Shown here one piece after another: positions 23,373 to 36,301 of a DNA stretch of 64,000 bases. The stretch lies in the NCBI GenBank assembly GCA_037379345.1, contig CM074514.1, positions 52,390,001 through 52,454,000 on the forward strand, given 5' to 3'. The notes beneath the pieces were generated by a model. The model was not told the DNA's origin, did not search any database, and was given only the letters and a program-made list of their open reading frames with translations. Each line of letters begins with the position of its first letter. Position 1 is the first letter of the stretch. A program made the translations under genes and the position numbers. This DNA comes from Perna viridis. Lineage: Eukaryota.

Positions 23373-25864
23373 AAGCAAGTGTCTTTCACGTAGCCGTCTT
23401 TTGCAGTTTCGGACTTCCACCTTCCATGTCTTTTAAGAAGTCTATCGGATATTCCAAAAGTACAAACTGCGGTAGCTCCACCGGTACGTAAACTGTGTAA
23501 CCCATAAGATTTAATGTTTGTAACAAACGGTGAAAAGGCTTCTATGAATAGTCATTCTAGTATACGAAAGCGGCTTATTACCCTTTCGGAAAATGAAATG
23601 ATCTTTACATTTCGTAAAATTACGGAACAAATGAATAGTTATTCTAAATAAATTCCATTCTAAATAAATTTCTAAATTTTTTATAAGGCACAATTTATAT
23701 CCGGTTCTAACAATAATATTCTACCGCCGTATCTGTATATATCGGTCTTACTCTTCTGTATAAAAACGGACATATAACTTTGAAAAAATAGAATATCACA
23801 TGATTGAATGTTTAACAATTCGGAAACTCGTAAAAATCGGGAATATGCTAATAAACAGGCACAAATGGTACGTTGTATATATAAATTTTAATCACAAAAC
23901 ATTTTATCGTACATTTTAGATAGAATCTCTGGAGTGATAGGCTCTTTTTTCTTTATCGAAACTGATAAACGCCTCTTTGCGCCTTCAAGAATATTTTTCA
24001 CTAAATTAGAATCTGTTGGAGAAGAAATACTAGCAATATTATGTGGCCATCTAATACTATAAAAAGTTTGATTGATAGGGCTGGGTGAAGCCCTTTATGA
24101 ACTAAACAGGCTAAATATAAAGCAACATAAATTTGGTTTAGCCGGTAAAATAAATCAATGGAAATTCCGTTTGTCCTTTTTATTGGAAAATTTGTCATTT
24201 TCATATGTAAAAATCAGTAAAAATCGTAAATAATGTCCTAGCACCACCACCCTTTTTCTGGAGAACCAGGCTGGCACACCTCCTTCTCCTTTACGCATTC
24301 TTTTTATATCGCGCTAGAATTCTAACAAATAAGCTTTTGGAACAGGGTTATGTTGCTACAAGATTGAAGTCATCACTACTTAAGTTTTATGGTCGTCATC
24401 ATGAACTCTCGAGGGTCGTTATGGTGTATCCATCTGCGCCATGAAAACTGATTTATTCAACGTGTCATAGTTTTCCTTTCCTCGTTTCTCTACCCCGCAC
24501 TTGACTTTATATGAGCAACTCGGCGGGTGTTTCTAGAAAAGCAGAGGATGCTTATTCTACCGGTGCACCTGGTCCATGCTCCCAGTTTTTAGTGGAGTCC
24601 GAGTTGTTCATTTGCTTTTGTTACTTTGTATGTTTGATTTTAGTTAAGTCATGTTTTTGTTGTGTTTGTTTGTTTTCCTTGTCTGTTCATTGTCCCTCCA
24701 TTACATTCTTTTGATTACCGCTATAACCCTGGTTCACTTGATTATTCTTCAAAGTGTCTTTCACGTAGCCGTCTTTTGCAGTTTCGGCTAAATATAAAGC
24801 AACATAAATTTGGTTTAGCCGGTAAAATAAATCAGTGGAAATTCCGTTTGACAAAGCCCATTTTTTCCATCTTAAAAAGCCATCATAATAATTTTGAACT
24901 GTATTGATCGATTTACATTCCATCAATAATCCAGGAAGTAGTGAATTTTTTCCACAAGAGAAGCGGGCAATTGCGAAAAATCACTCTGGAAAGCCTGAAA
25001 AAACATATGTAAAAACAAAATAACATTACTACAAAAAAACATAAAAATGAAAACTTCAAAATGTCATACTCTGTCATTATAACTAACATACTGTTCATTT
25101 TATACAATATAACTACCAACCCTGCCTACATGAGGAACATATCCCACCACCACTACAAACTATATCGAAAAGGGGTACCGTAATTATATGCTAAAGAAAC
25201 CATCACCTTGTAAAGGAATCCATATATGTTAGTACCAAATTCCATTTTACAGCCAATACCCTAAAAGGCAGATCAATATTTCCAAATACCGATTTGTTAC
25301 CTTTACCAATAGTATAGTTTTTCTTTGTTAGTTGGAAAATCAATACACCCCAACGGCTTTAATAAACCCTTCACCAGTAGGGCATAAAATTGGCCAATAA
25401 TTTGCCGATTTCCACAATGGAAAAATAACTGTTCCATGTGCCATACATTGTTTCATATAGCGTAATACTCTCGCTACTAAACCAATAGGAGGTACAAACC
25501 GTCCATTTACACCGTTCCAGTCTATAGTAAATGCATCGATGCACATCGAGTTGACCGTCCGGTAACAGGAATAAAATACTGGTAATTTGTGATTATGATC
25601 ATTTGCAAACCAGTCTATCTCATGCGGACCCCATATAGATTCCAAATAATCAAAGATTCCATGAACGACACCCCAATCGTCGTAATCGTCGACTGATATA
25701 ATCAGCTTTGTCGTTATTAGTTCTAGGGACCCATTCCACATGAATAGAAATGTTATTATGTACACAGTTCTAAAAAATACACAATGCAATATCCTGTAAT
25801 TCAGGCTTCATGCTACCTTTAGCGACAATGCTTACTACATTCTGATTGTCCGAAAACCATTTAA

Positions 25865-26299
25865 GGTAGGAAACACAATTAATTTCGTAATTTCAACAGA
25901 CCCATCTTGACATATAAAAAAATCCACCGCTTCAAACTCAATAAAACTTCAAGAATATGGAAACGTGTATAAAAGCAGATTTCTATAAGAGTGCCAGAAA
26001 AATTCACCATCATTTTTTATTTTTAGCAACTTTGCTCCGGAGACCCCGTAGACATGAAAAGTGACCACTGCCAAATGCCCTAAATTTTGACCTACTTTCA
26101 TAGGACCAAATCACAACTTCCACATAAAATTACAGAATGAAAAAAATTCCCTTGTAAATTTGATCCTTGCCCTACATTTCTGCAGTAAATACTAAGCAAT
26201 AAAGTTTATGGCAGCAAAGAAAAAAAATCAGGAAGAAACACACTGAAAAAAAGGAACTATATTCGAAAAGTCAAGGGGAATTAATTGTGATCTCGTACC
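25865..26299. mobile_element. Solo terminal-repeat unit of a KolobokP-like transposon
   Basis: 435 bp, TIR GGTAGGAAACACAATTAATT / AATTAATTGTGATCTCGTACC, TTAA duplicated on both sides. Removing it restores DIRS RNase H KHIKWFSDNQ. Shares motifs with the 440-bp repeats at 28453 and 30191. Confidence 0.8.
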
Positions 26300-28140
26300 T
26301 TAATGTGTTTATCTTGCAATATATTGATCATCGACTCAAGAATATGTTTAACAGCGGTGAATTCTTTCCAAGTAGAACTCTTACTCGATTACCATTCAGA
26401 CCATGTACCATGTGCAATATCGTTGGGTGTTTCTACAATATAACCACCATATCCAGTATCACTCGCATCACTATAAACAATAGATTGAATTGATAAATCT
26501 GAAGTAAATTGTTTACATACAGTTAACCAACGTTAACCAACGTTAAGTTACATTTCCAAAAATTGATTTGGTGTAAACTATTTTCGGTCAAATCGATACA
26601 ACTGTTCCACGAGGTTTTACCTAAAATGTCAATGCTTATATATTTGGTCATGTTATAAGCTACATTCCCGATAACGTAGGCCATAGATACTATTTGTCCG
26701 ACCAAAGATGCAACTGATCTGGAATGCACTGTACGATATTATTGTAATGTAAAACTTAATATTATCAATAGTTGTAAGAACTTGTTTGATTCTATCATCA
26801 GGTTTATAATACATTTGTCTGTGTTAATAGAATATCCCAAAAAAGTAAAATGTTGAACTGGTGACCATTTAGATTATTCGTTTTTAGGAACAAAACCACT
26901 CATAATCAAATCTTGCTTTACTTGTTCTGACATAGCCCTGCATACTTCAACATCCGTATGCGTACCTAAACCATCATCTAGATACTTTAACACCTGCTTC
27001 CCTTCACCTCGCCATTTTTTATGAGTGGTCTGGTTATCTTATTGAATATGTAACATGCAGAACTTACGCCAAATGGAAGTACTAATAATTTACACCACTT
27101 TATATTGTTACCTTGGTTCCCTTGATTACTCTTCCATGAGAAACCTAGACAATCTGTATGAGGAATATAAATGTTTATGTGGTGATAGGCTGATACAATA
27201 TCAGACTAAAACAGAAAGAATTATTAGTAATAAATTCCATCGCTATGCAAATATCTTCCAATTTAATACTGGTCTTCCAAAGATGTTTTGTTAACGTGTC
27301 TAAGGCCTAAAATCAAACGTTTCTTTCTACTGTCCGATTCAGAAACAGTTAGTGGATTAACAACGTATGGTTGATTGTCACATTCTTCAATTAATACACT
27401 AACCAAAAGATCATGACTACCTTCGGTAACAAACTCGTTAAGGATGATCGCCGATCGATTGTTTTTTAAACAAAGGGACGGTGGGGTACTGTAAAAGGGA
27501 ATTCTGTAGCCGTTTAAAATAGTGTCCAATATAAAATCATATCATCCAATACTTTCCCATTTTCAATCTATCCTTAACAATAATATTACCCTGGCCTTGT
27601 TCATATTTATAATAATCACGAGTAAGATTATCGGAATAGTTATTAAATTGCTCAGTTTTCGTATCAAAATCTGTTGTAATTAAACTATACTTATCTTGTA
27701 TGAATTCCGTCTTATTGTGGTTTTGGCATGACTGGTCTTGGGTTGAATTGACACTGATATTCCCAGTGTTGAATGGATCCACATCCATAGCATGCTCCTT
27801 GTTGCTGACCTCTACGCTGATGTCCGCTCCTGCTGGGCATGGGTTGTCCATGGTACAAGGCAGGTTCACGAAAGGGCTGATTTTTGACTGGAAAAGTAGC
27901 AATAAATTGAGAAGAAGCATTTTGACCTGTATTATTCGGCTTAGCAGCAGCCTTTTTACCCTTTGAATTACGTTTGCGTAAAGCTCTGTTTTCTGTTTTG
28001 TTAATCTTACTTTCATCGTCGGAATCGCTAGCGACTGGATTGCTCTCATATTGCCCCACAGTTTCCCATCCCCCTTCACTACCATCGGCAATCTTAATAT
28101 GGTTATTGCGTTTCTTAATCTTTTCAATAACCTCAGTTAT

Positions 28141-30730
28141 TCCCGACTTGTGGACCAACATTTTGTCAACATTTATCTCCCTGTGGAGCAGGTATCTATT
28201 TGGAACACGTAAGGTTTTCCATCCGATATCGACGATACTTTAGAAAATTCCGAAAGTCAAAAGGGAATTTCTCGTTCTACTGACCCTGCTATAAATTTTC
28301 TTTACCCGGGATACCAATGAAAATAATCCTTATGTTACCTACCAACAAAATGAAACACCCTGCAAATTTTAGAAACACCGTTGTGTTTGTCTGCTGGGGA
28401 TTCCATTTTCATTCGAGTTACCTCTTTTTTCTGCACCCGAATCCGAACATCGGGCACGAGACCGCAATTAATTTTCAAGTGCATTTCAATATACACATGT
28501 GAGCAGATTAAAAAAATTCCACCGGCGCAAACTGAATAAAACTTCTCTGGCCTAAAGATATATACAAACAGAATTTTATATATATATTGTAGAAAATTTT
28601 ACCGTCATTTTCTGAAATTAATACATATAATTCGAAGATGGGGTAAACATGACAAATGAACTGAGTTAAAAGTCCTAAATTTTAACATTCTTCCACTGAA
28701 CCAAATCACAACTTTTAGTCAGAATTGATTAATGAAAAAAAATCCCTTGTAATTTTAACCTATTTTCTACCAATTAGAGGCAAAACTTCAGCAAATAAGT
28801 TTCCAGTAAAAATATGAAAAAATGTGGAAGGTACCTACTACCAAAGTTGGAACTATATTCGTACCAAGGGGAATTAATTGTGTTCTCGTACCTATTAGAT
28901 CAATAAATGTGCCCAATTTGAATAAAAACTGCACTCATGTCAAGATGAACCTTTTTTGACTTCAAGTACAAAGTTTCATCATGATTAGTTGAAAAATATA
29001 TAAGTTATAGCAAATTTAGTATCAGTGGTACATTGCATGACTTGCATGTCCAATGGTCGAAGGAAATAAGGCCCCTCTAAAATGTACATCTTTTTTTTTA
29101 AATGAAATATTTTTGTGATTTTTTACATTGGTTGCATCATATTATGTGTATCTGATGCAATAAAGTTCAGTTTACTCAAGTTCCAGCTGCTTTAAGGCCA
29201 AAAATTGGGTTTTTATACATGCGGCCATGGTCAATGCACTTTTAGACCATGTGTAGGGGTACACATATAAAAACTCATTTTATGATGCTGACAATGACTT
29301 ACATTGATCAACGTCAAACATAAAGTGGTCTACACATATCTAATGTTCATTGAAAACAATAAGAAGTGGTTTCAAAGCTAAAACTGTCACTCCAGATCAA
29401 TTTAAACCAGACCTGTACAGAGCTTGTTCAAGTGCGATTGTGTCCGATATTAAAAGTTAGCCTTTATTTGGGTTTTGAATGATGAAAAGTCTGAAACAAA
29501 TGTAAGATAATGTAGGGTTCTAAGTTTATCAGGTACATAAGCAGACAGTCAGCTGTATTTTTCCAGTTTTTCTACAAAAAATTTCATTTTTGACACCTTA
29601 TAGTGTATGCGGAACTCTAAAATTAGGTGTTTTTGAGACATCACAAGGTATATACATGTAGTGACTTACATTAGATGCATGAATATCAATGGAATGAATA
29701 TATTAGTTTTTTTCACATTATTTATATTATTTACTAGCAAATACAAAAGATTCAGACCAATAAAACACATATCTGTGATTTTATAGATCCTAAGACAAGG
29801 CTGTGAAAACCCCTGATTTTGCCATATTTCATTGACTGGGTTCATAAAAATTACACTAAATTGTCAGATTTCTGCCTAAACCTTGTTCATAAAGTATGTT
29901 TTTTGTTGATTTGATGTTCCTAGTGTATAGTTAGAGGAGAAAAACTCAACGCTGTACAATATTTTCCCCACTGGTCTATATTTCATACCTAGCACCTTAG
30001 CAAAAGTGCAATTTCAATGGAAAATCCCATAGAAACCATATTTTTTATTTTAATTTCAGAAAATAGAGAATAAAGGGCCAAAATCTTATTATTTCATGTA
30101 GATTTACTGAATTCTTGAAAATAAACACCAAATTACCCCCAGCAAATACTAGCAAATACAATTTCTGATACCCTGGCAACCCCCTTATCAGGCACGAGAC
30201 CGCAATTAATTTTCAAGTGCATTTCAATATACACATTTGAGCAGATTAAAAAAATTCCACCGGCGCAAACTGAATAAAACTTCTCTGGCCTAAAGATATA
30301 TACAAACAGAATTTTATATATATATTGTAGAAAATTTTACCGTCATTTTCTGAAATTAATACATATAATTCGAAGATGGGGTAAACACGACAAATGAACT
30401 GAGTTAAAAGTCCTAAATTTTAACATTCTTCCACTGAACCAAATCACAACTTTTAGTCAGAATTGATTAATGAAAAAAAATCCCTTGTAATTTTAACCTA
30501 TTTTCTACCAATTAGAGGCAAAACTTCAGCAAATAAGTTTCCAGTAAAAATATGAAAAAATGTGGAAGGTACCTACTACCAAAGTTGGAACTATATTCGT
30601 ACCAAGGGGAATTAATTTTGTTCTCGTACCATCGATTAGAGAGACTTCGAAATTATACCTGCTCTTACGGGAGGTAACTCTGCAAAAACAGGATAAAATA
30701 TGGCTGTATCCCGAGCTCCACAAGTAGGGA
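28141..30730. mobile_element. ~410-bp MITE split by a KolobokP-like insertion; uninterrupted copies at 45004-45408 (inverted) and 57945-58354
   Basis: TIR TCCC(G/T)ACTTGTGGA; halves 28141-28452 and 30635-30730 join into the sequence seen in the other two copies. Confidence 0.85.
28453..30630. mobile_element. Non-autonomous KolobokP-like DNA transposon with 440-bp long terminal direct repeats
   Basis: Direct repeats 28453-28892 and 30191-30630 (about 3 differences by eye), each bounded by GG(C/T)ACGAGA..AATTAATT TIRs; 4-bp TSD ATCG; non-coding interior. Confidence 0.85.
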
Positions 30731-31883
30731 ATAGTTTCACGTGCGTATTCGACTTTGCCATTATCAATAGCCCATATAGATTGTGTCAGATCTTCTAATA
30801 ATTCAGAATTGAGCAAAAATTGAACTTTGTTGCCTTCATATTTCCATTCATATAGGGACTCAGTTTTCAACTTTTTCACTTAGATTACCACACCAAGTAA
30901 ATATATCGTCCGAGATGCATTCTGAGTGTGGTATTGTATTTCCAATAGATGACCCAGAGTTCCAACAGGGAGTTCCAACGTCTGGAAACTCCCAATTGTT
31001 TGGAAAATTTTGTCTTTTTTGGGTGAAAGTTTGGCAGGTATGAGCAAATTAAAGCATTCGAATCTTCTTTTATATATTCCTTTATTTTAGTGTAACAGCC
31101 TGGACTGCATGTACCTGCACTGTATGATATAGCATTTTGGATTCATTTACACATATAGAGGGTTGTATACGACCCTACACCTGTCTGAGGAGGGTGATGC
31201 ATCCGAGGGGTGTATGCGCTCAGGTCCCCTTTTGAAAGGGATTTTTTTTCAAAAATGTTGCAATTTATATGTTGAAAAATAGTCTGAAACTAATAAAGTT
31301 AAAAACAATAAATTCAATCATTCGATACTAAGTACTTTGTTATAAACAAAGATGTATTTGATGCATATTTCTTCACATATCTCGGGAGGGAAAGTTTCCG
31401 GGTCTCGGATTGCCCTTTCCCCTTTGTGTAAATCTCTGAAGCCAACACTGGTGGCATTCATCATTCAACCAATTATTGTTATACTACAATAACCAAGTCA
31501 TGCTGATCTCAAGTATAATTATACTTTTTACACGCTTGATCAATCGAACAGACAACCTGATATTTTCATTTTATTTAAGTGAGAACACTTCCCCGAGACT
31601 ATGCATTTTTAAAGCATAACAGGTATCTGTTTAGCATAAAACATGCTAGAATATTAGTCTGTCTTTTGTGTCACCTTCAAGGTAGCACACCGGATAAACT
31701 GTTGATGAATAGTACATATAAATGAATTAGGAAGCAAAGAAAACAGATGCATGAATACAATGAGAAAGATGCTAGGATTAGGATCCTCAGAAATCAGTTT
31801 TGAGAAGATAGCTTGGTTAGTCAACACAATTAAGTGTATAAATTATTTTTTTTGATTTAGATCTTTCTATTCATTTGCCTCAA

Positions 31884-31928
31884 ATGCTACTGATGAGAGT
31901 TTACACCTTGAAACACGTGTACAACATC
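31884..31928 (+). ncRNA. Degenerate minimal hammerhead-ribozyme-like motif
   Basis: CTGATGA-GAG(tttacac)CTT-GAAA followed by palindromic ACACGTGT and GTA; weak stem I (ATGCT/AACAT). Confidence 0.4.
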
Positions 31929-32518
31929 GCAAATTTGAAATATCTATAGATATGATTAGTATTTTTGTATAATATCGTCCATGCGATTTGGTATAGAACG
32001 GGTTTTTTTTTTAATTAGATAGCTCCAAATGTAGTATAGGGTAGATGTCTTTACCAGATTTAGTTGATACATATACCTGAATGTATATAGTATTCATATT
32101 AAAGGTTTTAACCTTAAGGAACAAGGGTGGATCCAGACGCCCTGAAAAGGAAGGGTGGCAGCCAGGATTCCTCAGAAAAAAGGGGTACTAGGACATTATT
32201 TGCCAGTTTTGTCGATTTTACACATGAAAATGACAAAATTTTTGATAAAAAGGAGGGAAGCCAACCCCTTGAACCCTCCACAGAATCTGTCACAGAGGAA
32301 CGTCTTTCACAGTGACGAATGGTTATCAAGCAAATGTAGTTTATTCCGCTTCACTCCCCTTCACAAACTACTCTCCATTTGTTATTGTTGGCGCTGCCTG
32401 GTTATGACCTTCTTAAATCGCATATAAACGGTCTAAGTAATGTAGGTACATGTGTCATTGCATTTAAGAGCCTGGATAGTGAAGAGTTACCATGTCCATG
32501 TAAGTAATTATAAAAGGT

Positions 32519-33365
32519 AGTCTTTTTTAAAGCGCGCCACGTGCAGGTCCGGGTGTCAAAACAATTGGCCTACAGCAGCGCTAAGCTTGTCGTAAAAGGC
32601 GATAAAGAAGTGCTCAAAGACCTAGCCGGGGGCTGGGCGCTCTGCCCACAGGGCGACAAGGTTGTGTGCCCCAAGTGGTGGAATGGTGTGCCCCTGGCGT
32701 GTTGCATGCTGGGGTTGTCAAGCTATAATTATAAAACGGAAAACCTGGCAGCAAACCATAGTGGTGCTTCGTGTTGGGAAAGATGCCACGTTCCTCGTAC
32801 GTTAAAGACCCCTGCTGTTGTATTCGATTGCCCAACCCTACCCATCCCTCCCATTTTCTTGTGGCAATCAAAATTTCTTGACCCTTGGGTCCCATCCCAT
32901 TTTTCATTTCATCATCATCAATTCATGTTCATTATATCATCCATTTCATGTTCATCGTCCGAATAAAGCTGAAATATTGCTGCTCAGGCGTTAAACCTCA
33001 ACAATCAATCAGTCTTTTTAAAGCGCCCCGCACGTGTCCGGGTGTCAAAAGAGTATGCCCGCAGTAGCGTTAAGCTTGCTTATCATGAAAGGCGATTAAA
33101 TAGTGCTCAGAACCGTGACCGGGGACTGGGATGCCCATGGCATGTTACATGTTGGGGTCATCAGGCCATAATACGGAAAACCTGACCGCAAACCTTAGTG
33201 GTGCAACGTGTTGGGAAAGATGTCACGTTCCTCGCACTTTAAAAAAACCTGCTGTGGTATTTTATCGGAGTAGGAATCTTTGCCCTCCGTCACAGGAGGC
33301 TGAATTGCCCTACCCTACCCACCGCTCCCTGTTTCCAGTGGCAATCAAAAGTATCCTAGGGTCGC
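32519..33365 (+). mobile_element. Two tandem, diverged SINE-like fragments (Meta/Deu-domain-like, from recall)
   Basis: Two related GC-richer units starting at about 32519 and 33011, sharing AGTGGTGC..CGTGTTGGGAAAGATG.CACGTTCCTCG; motifs TTGTCGTAAAAGGCGA and CGTTAAAGACCC and tail AGCTGAAATATTGCTG..GGCGTTAAAC resemble mollusc SINEs. Confidence 0.5.
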
Positions 33366-34115
33366 TTATGATATTGGCCGGGGAACCAGATTAGGTAGTC
33401 AGCAGAAACAGCCATGAAATAGAAGTTCCACAGCAAAAAAAATCTGAAATTTCCACTCATCTGGTTCAGTGACAAAAACAATTATTTCTCATCACTGAAA
33501 ATTTACAGGCGTTTCCTATGCACTCCTTTAATGTTTTTCTGCTCTGTAAAATATTCATCGAAAAATTACTTATGTGTATCCTGGTTCCCGGACTACTAAC
33601 AATACACTCGCACGTTTATTTGTTTATGTGAATCATATTGAATATTGTGATCGGGAACCAGTCTAACTTACGTGTCTCTCTTCGCCGTTCCACTTGTTCA
33701 ATAACCTAACCCGTCTTGGACGAATGTATTGTTGTAATCGAAGCATAGCTTTTCTAAGATAGGGAAGGCAATCATATTTGGAGTTTCTGAAAAACTCTGA
33801 GAGTTACGTTTACGTCACATGTTATGTGTAAAATATTCCCACCATCCGTGGAGAATTGTTATCATTACGGACTTTATACATATTCTAAATTGGACCCGCT
33901 TAATCTTATAATGACATAGCCGGTTAAAAGTGAGGGTTGAAAAATGTTGAAACTCTTGGTGCTAGCTTCTATAGTCAATTTATATGCTTACATCATATTA
34001 TCAAAAGTTTTAACCCTAAGGAACCGAATGTATCTCGTGTGACGAATGGTTATCAAACAGATGTATTTTATTTCGCTTCATTCCCCTGCACAAATTACTC
34101 TCCATTTGTTGTTGT

Positions 34116-36301
34116 GGTACCAGTATCGTATTGCATATCCCTGAGCAGGTGTACATCAAAACATGGATGCTATAAAAATATAGTGCATTTTCTTTTTGCC
34201 TCTCTACAAACTAATATTTTGTCAAAAGATATGAACAATGACTTATAAAATAGAGCAAACATCACACTGTAAGATGAAGAACTTTTTTAAAAGAAAATCT
34301 AACATAATATCATAAAAATGTTCCACTGAAAAGGTTGGTTTGGTGAGTACAAAACGAAAGTGAAAGTAGGGAAAATGGCTATTTATAGTTCGAGACTACT
34401 TTTCTGTCCGATCATCGTGGACTCACCCTATTTTCTTTGAGGGAAATTATTTTTTCACATGTCCTTAGAAATGCTACATAAGTGAAAGTTTTATTGAATC
34501 AATTTACATATTTTTTAAAAAATCCTAAAAATATGCACTTCACTATAGAAATCTATGGGAAAATTAATACGATACTGAGACCTAGTAAGCCAGTTTTTCA
34601 AGTAAAGTTGGATATTCAGCAAGTGGTCTTCACCAGCTGAAAAAGTAGTACCCCAATGCAGGTAACACTTTTAAGATGAATTAGCCAACTTTTGAACCTG
34701 ATTTTTTATGGTAGTTCTGGTTTTTTGCATTTATGGTTAATCTTTACCAAATTTGGAAATGCATTTTGTTTTCATGAATTTGTATAATATCAGTTCAATA
34801 GAATTATTATCTTGACTGTTTATGATGAGCATATCTATATTCATGTAACCTAAAGCAAGTAATACTCCTGCATAAAGGATAGTTTTCAAGTTACAACACA
34901 TTTTAAGTATGTGGTTAGGACTTGAAAATAGTCATTTTCCATACATTGCCTCTTATATATGAAAAAATGAATATTTTTTTTATTTTTTGTTTTTCTTTCA
35001 AATAAATAGCTAAAATGAGTTGCCATATAACTGTGTGGTTGATTTAAACACAGAAATGTCACAAAAGTCAACAGCCAATTTTTTAGTGGACTTTTTTTAG
35101 TGGTTCAAATGGACAGATTCTAATGCGGCAAGAAAAATAAAGGTGTTTTTTCATATAAAAACTGAATTTTTTCAAAAAGTATCTAAAGCAGACAGTTGTT
35201 ATTATAATATTTATACCAATAAACTATTTTTCTTGCATCATAGCTATCTGTTTTAAAGAAAAAGTCCTTTTCCTGTCATATTGAGGTCCTTTTGTATCTG
35301 TTTGGGTACCAAAATGGCTTAAAATCTGTATTTTCTGCATATGAAAAGCTATATTTTTTCAAAACTATGATATTGGTATAATTTTTTTTTTGGATTTATT
35401 ATAATTGAAATGACCATATCTATAGTTTAAAACAGTTGGTTGTACCAGTCATTATACTTTACTTTAAACAAGGGGCTCCCTTGAGTTAAAGACAAAAACG
35501 GAGGTTCAAATATTAATATTTCCATATATGGAAGTCACAAATGGGGATTAAATAATGATTTGGAACTCATAGTACAGCTCATGTATCTACCATGTCAGAA
35601 TAAACCACAAATTTGCTTAGTTTGACTAATGCAGCAGCTTTTTATCAAAAGTAATATTTTCTGGCTAACACTGAGATATTAGTCTCATGCCTGGAATAGG
35701 GTACCTATATAAAAATTTTAATAGAAAACTCATGTTTATAGCAGGGCAATGATGTTCTGAATTTTCAGTATGAAAATGAATACTCTAGCAGAAAAACAAC
35801 AACTTTTATGATTATATTGAAATGTTTATTAGTAATAGGTACCAGTATCGTATTGCATATCCCTGAGCAGGTGTACATCAAAACATGGATGCTATAAAAA
35901 TATAGTGCATTTTCTTTTTGCCTCTCTACAAACTAATATTTTGTCAAAAGATATGAACAATGACTTATAAAATAGAGCAAACATCACACTATAAGATGAA
36001 GAACTTTTTTAAAAGAAAATATAACATAATATCATAAAAATGTTCCACTGAAAAGGATGGTTTGGTGAGTACAAAACAAAAGTGAAAGTAGGGAAAATGG
36101 CTATTTATAGTTCGAGACTACTTTTCTGTCCGATCTTCGTAGACTCATCCTATTTTCTTTGCGGGAAATTATTTTTTCACATGTCCTTAGAAATGCTACA
36201 GTGAAAGTTTTATTGAATCAATTTACATATTTTTTAAAAAATCCTAAAAATATGCACTTCACTATAGAAATCTATGGGAAAATTAGTACGATACTGAGAC
36301 C
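34116..36301. mobile_element. Second non-autonomous KolobokP-like element (different family) with ~465-bp long terminal direct repeats
   Basis: Direct repeats 34116-34582 and 35838-36301, each with TIR GGTACCAGTATCGTATT / A(A/G)TACGATACTGAGACC; 4-bp TSD TTGT; a paralogous empty site is visible near 32381-32397. Confidence 0.87.

Larger units (their letters stand above)
23375..30880 (-). mobile_element. Decayed DIRS-type tyrosine-recombinase retrotransposon (gag, RT, RNase H, methyltransferase-like domain, YR), interrupted by nested insertions
   Basis: gag 30880-30731 plus 28140-27712 (KRNNHIKIAD..GWETV, CCHC knuckle CYGCGSIQHWEYQC); RT GYRIPF..VVNPLTV..RLIL and YLDDG near 26975; RNase H DASDTGYGGY; MT-like WGPHEIDWFA..DAF..VPP..PLWKSANYWP; YR SKTDIYR, HSLRTGGAT, RHGRWKSE. 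Many stops and frameshifts. Confidence 0.9.

Noticed and set aside
28453-30630. LTR retrotransposon or TRIM interpretation of the direct repeats (also 34116-36301)
   Set aside because: Ends are GG..CC with 17-21-bp TIRs rather than TG..CA, and no primer-binding site or polypurine tract was seen.
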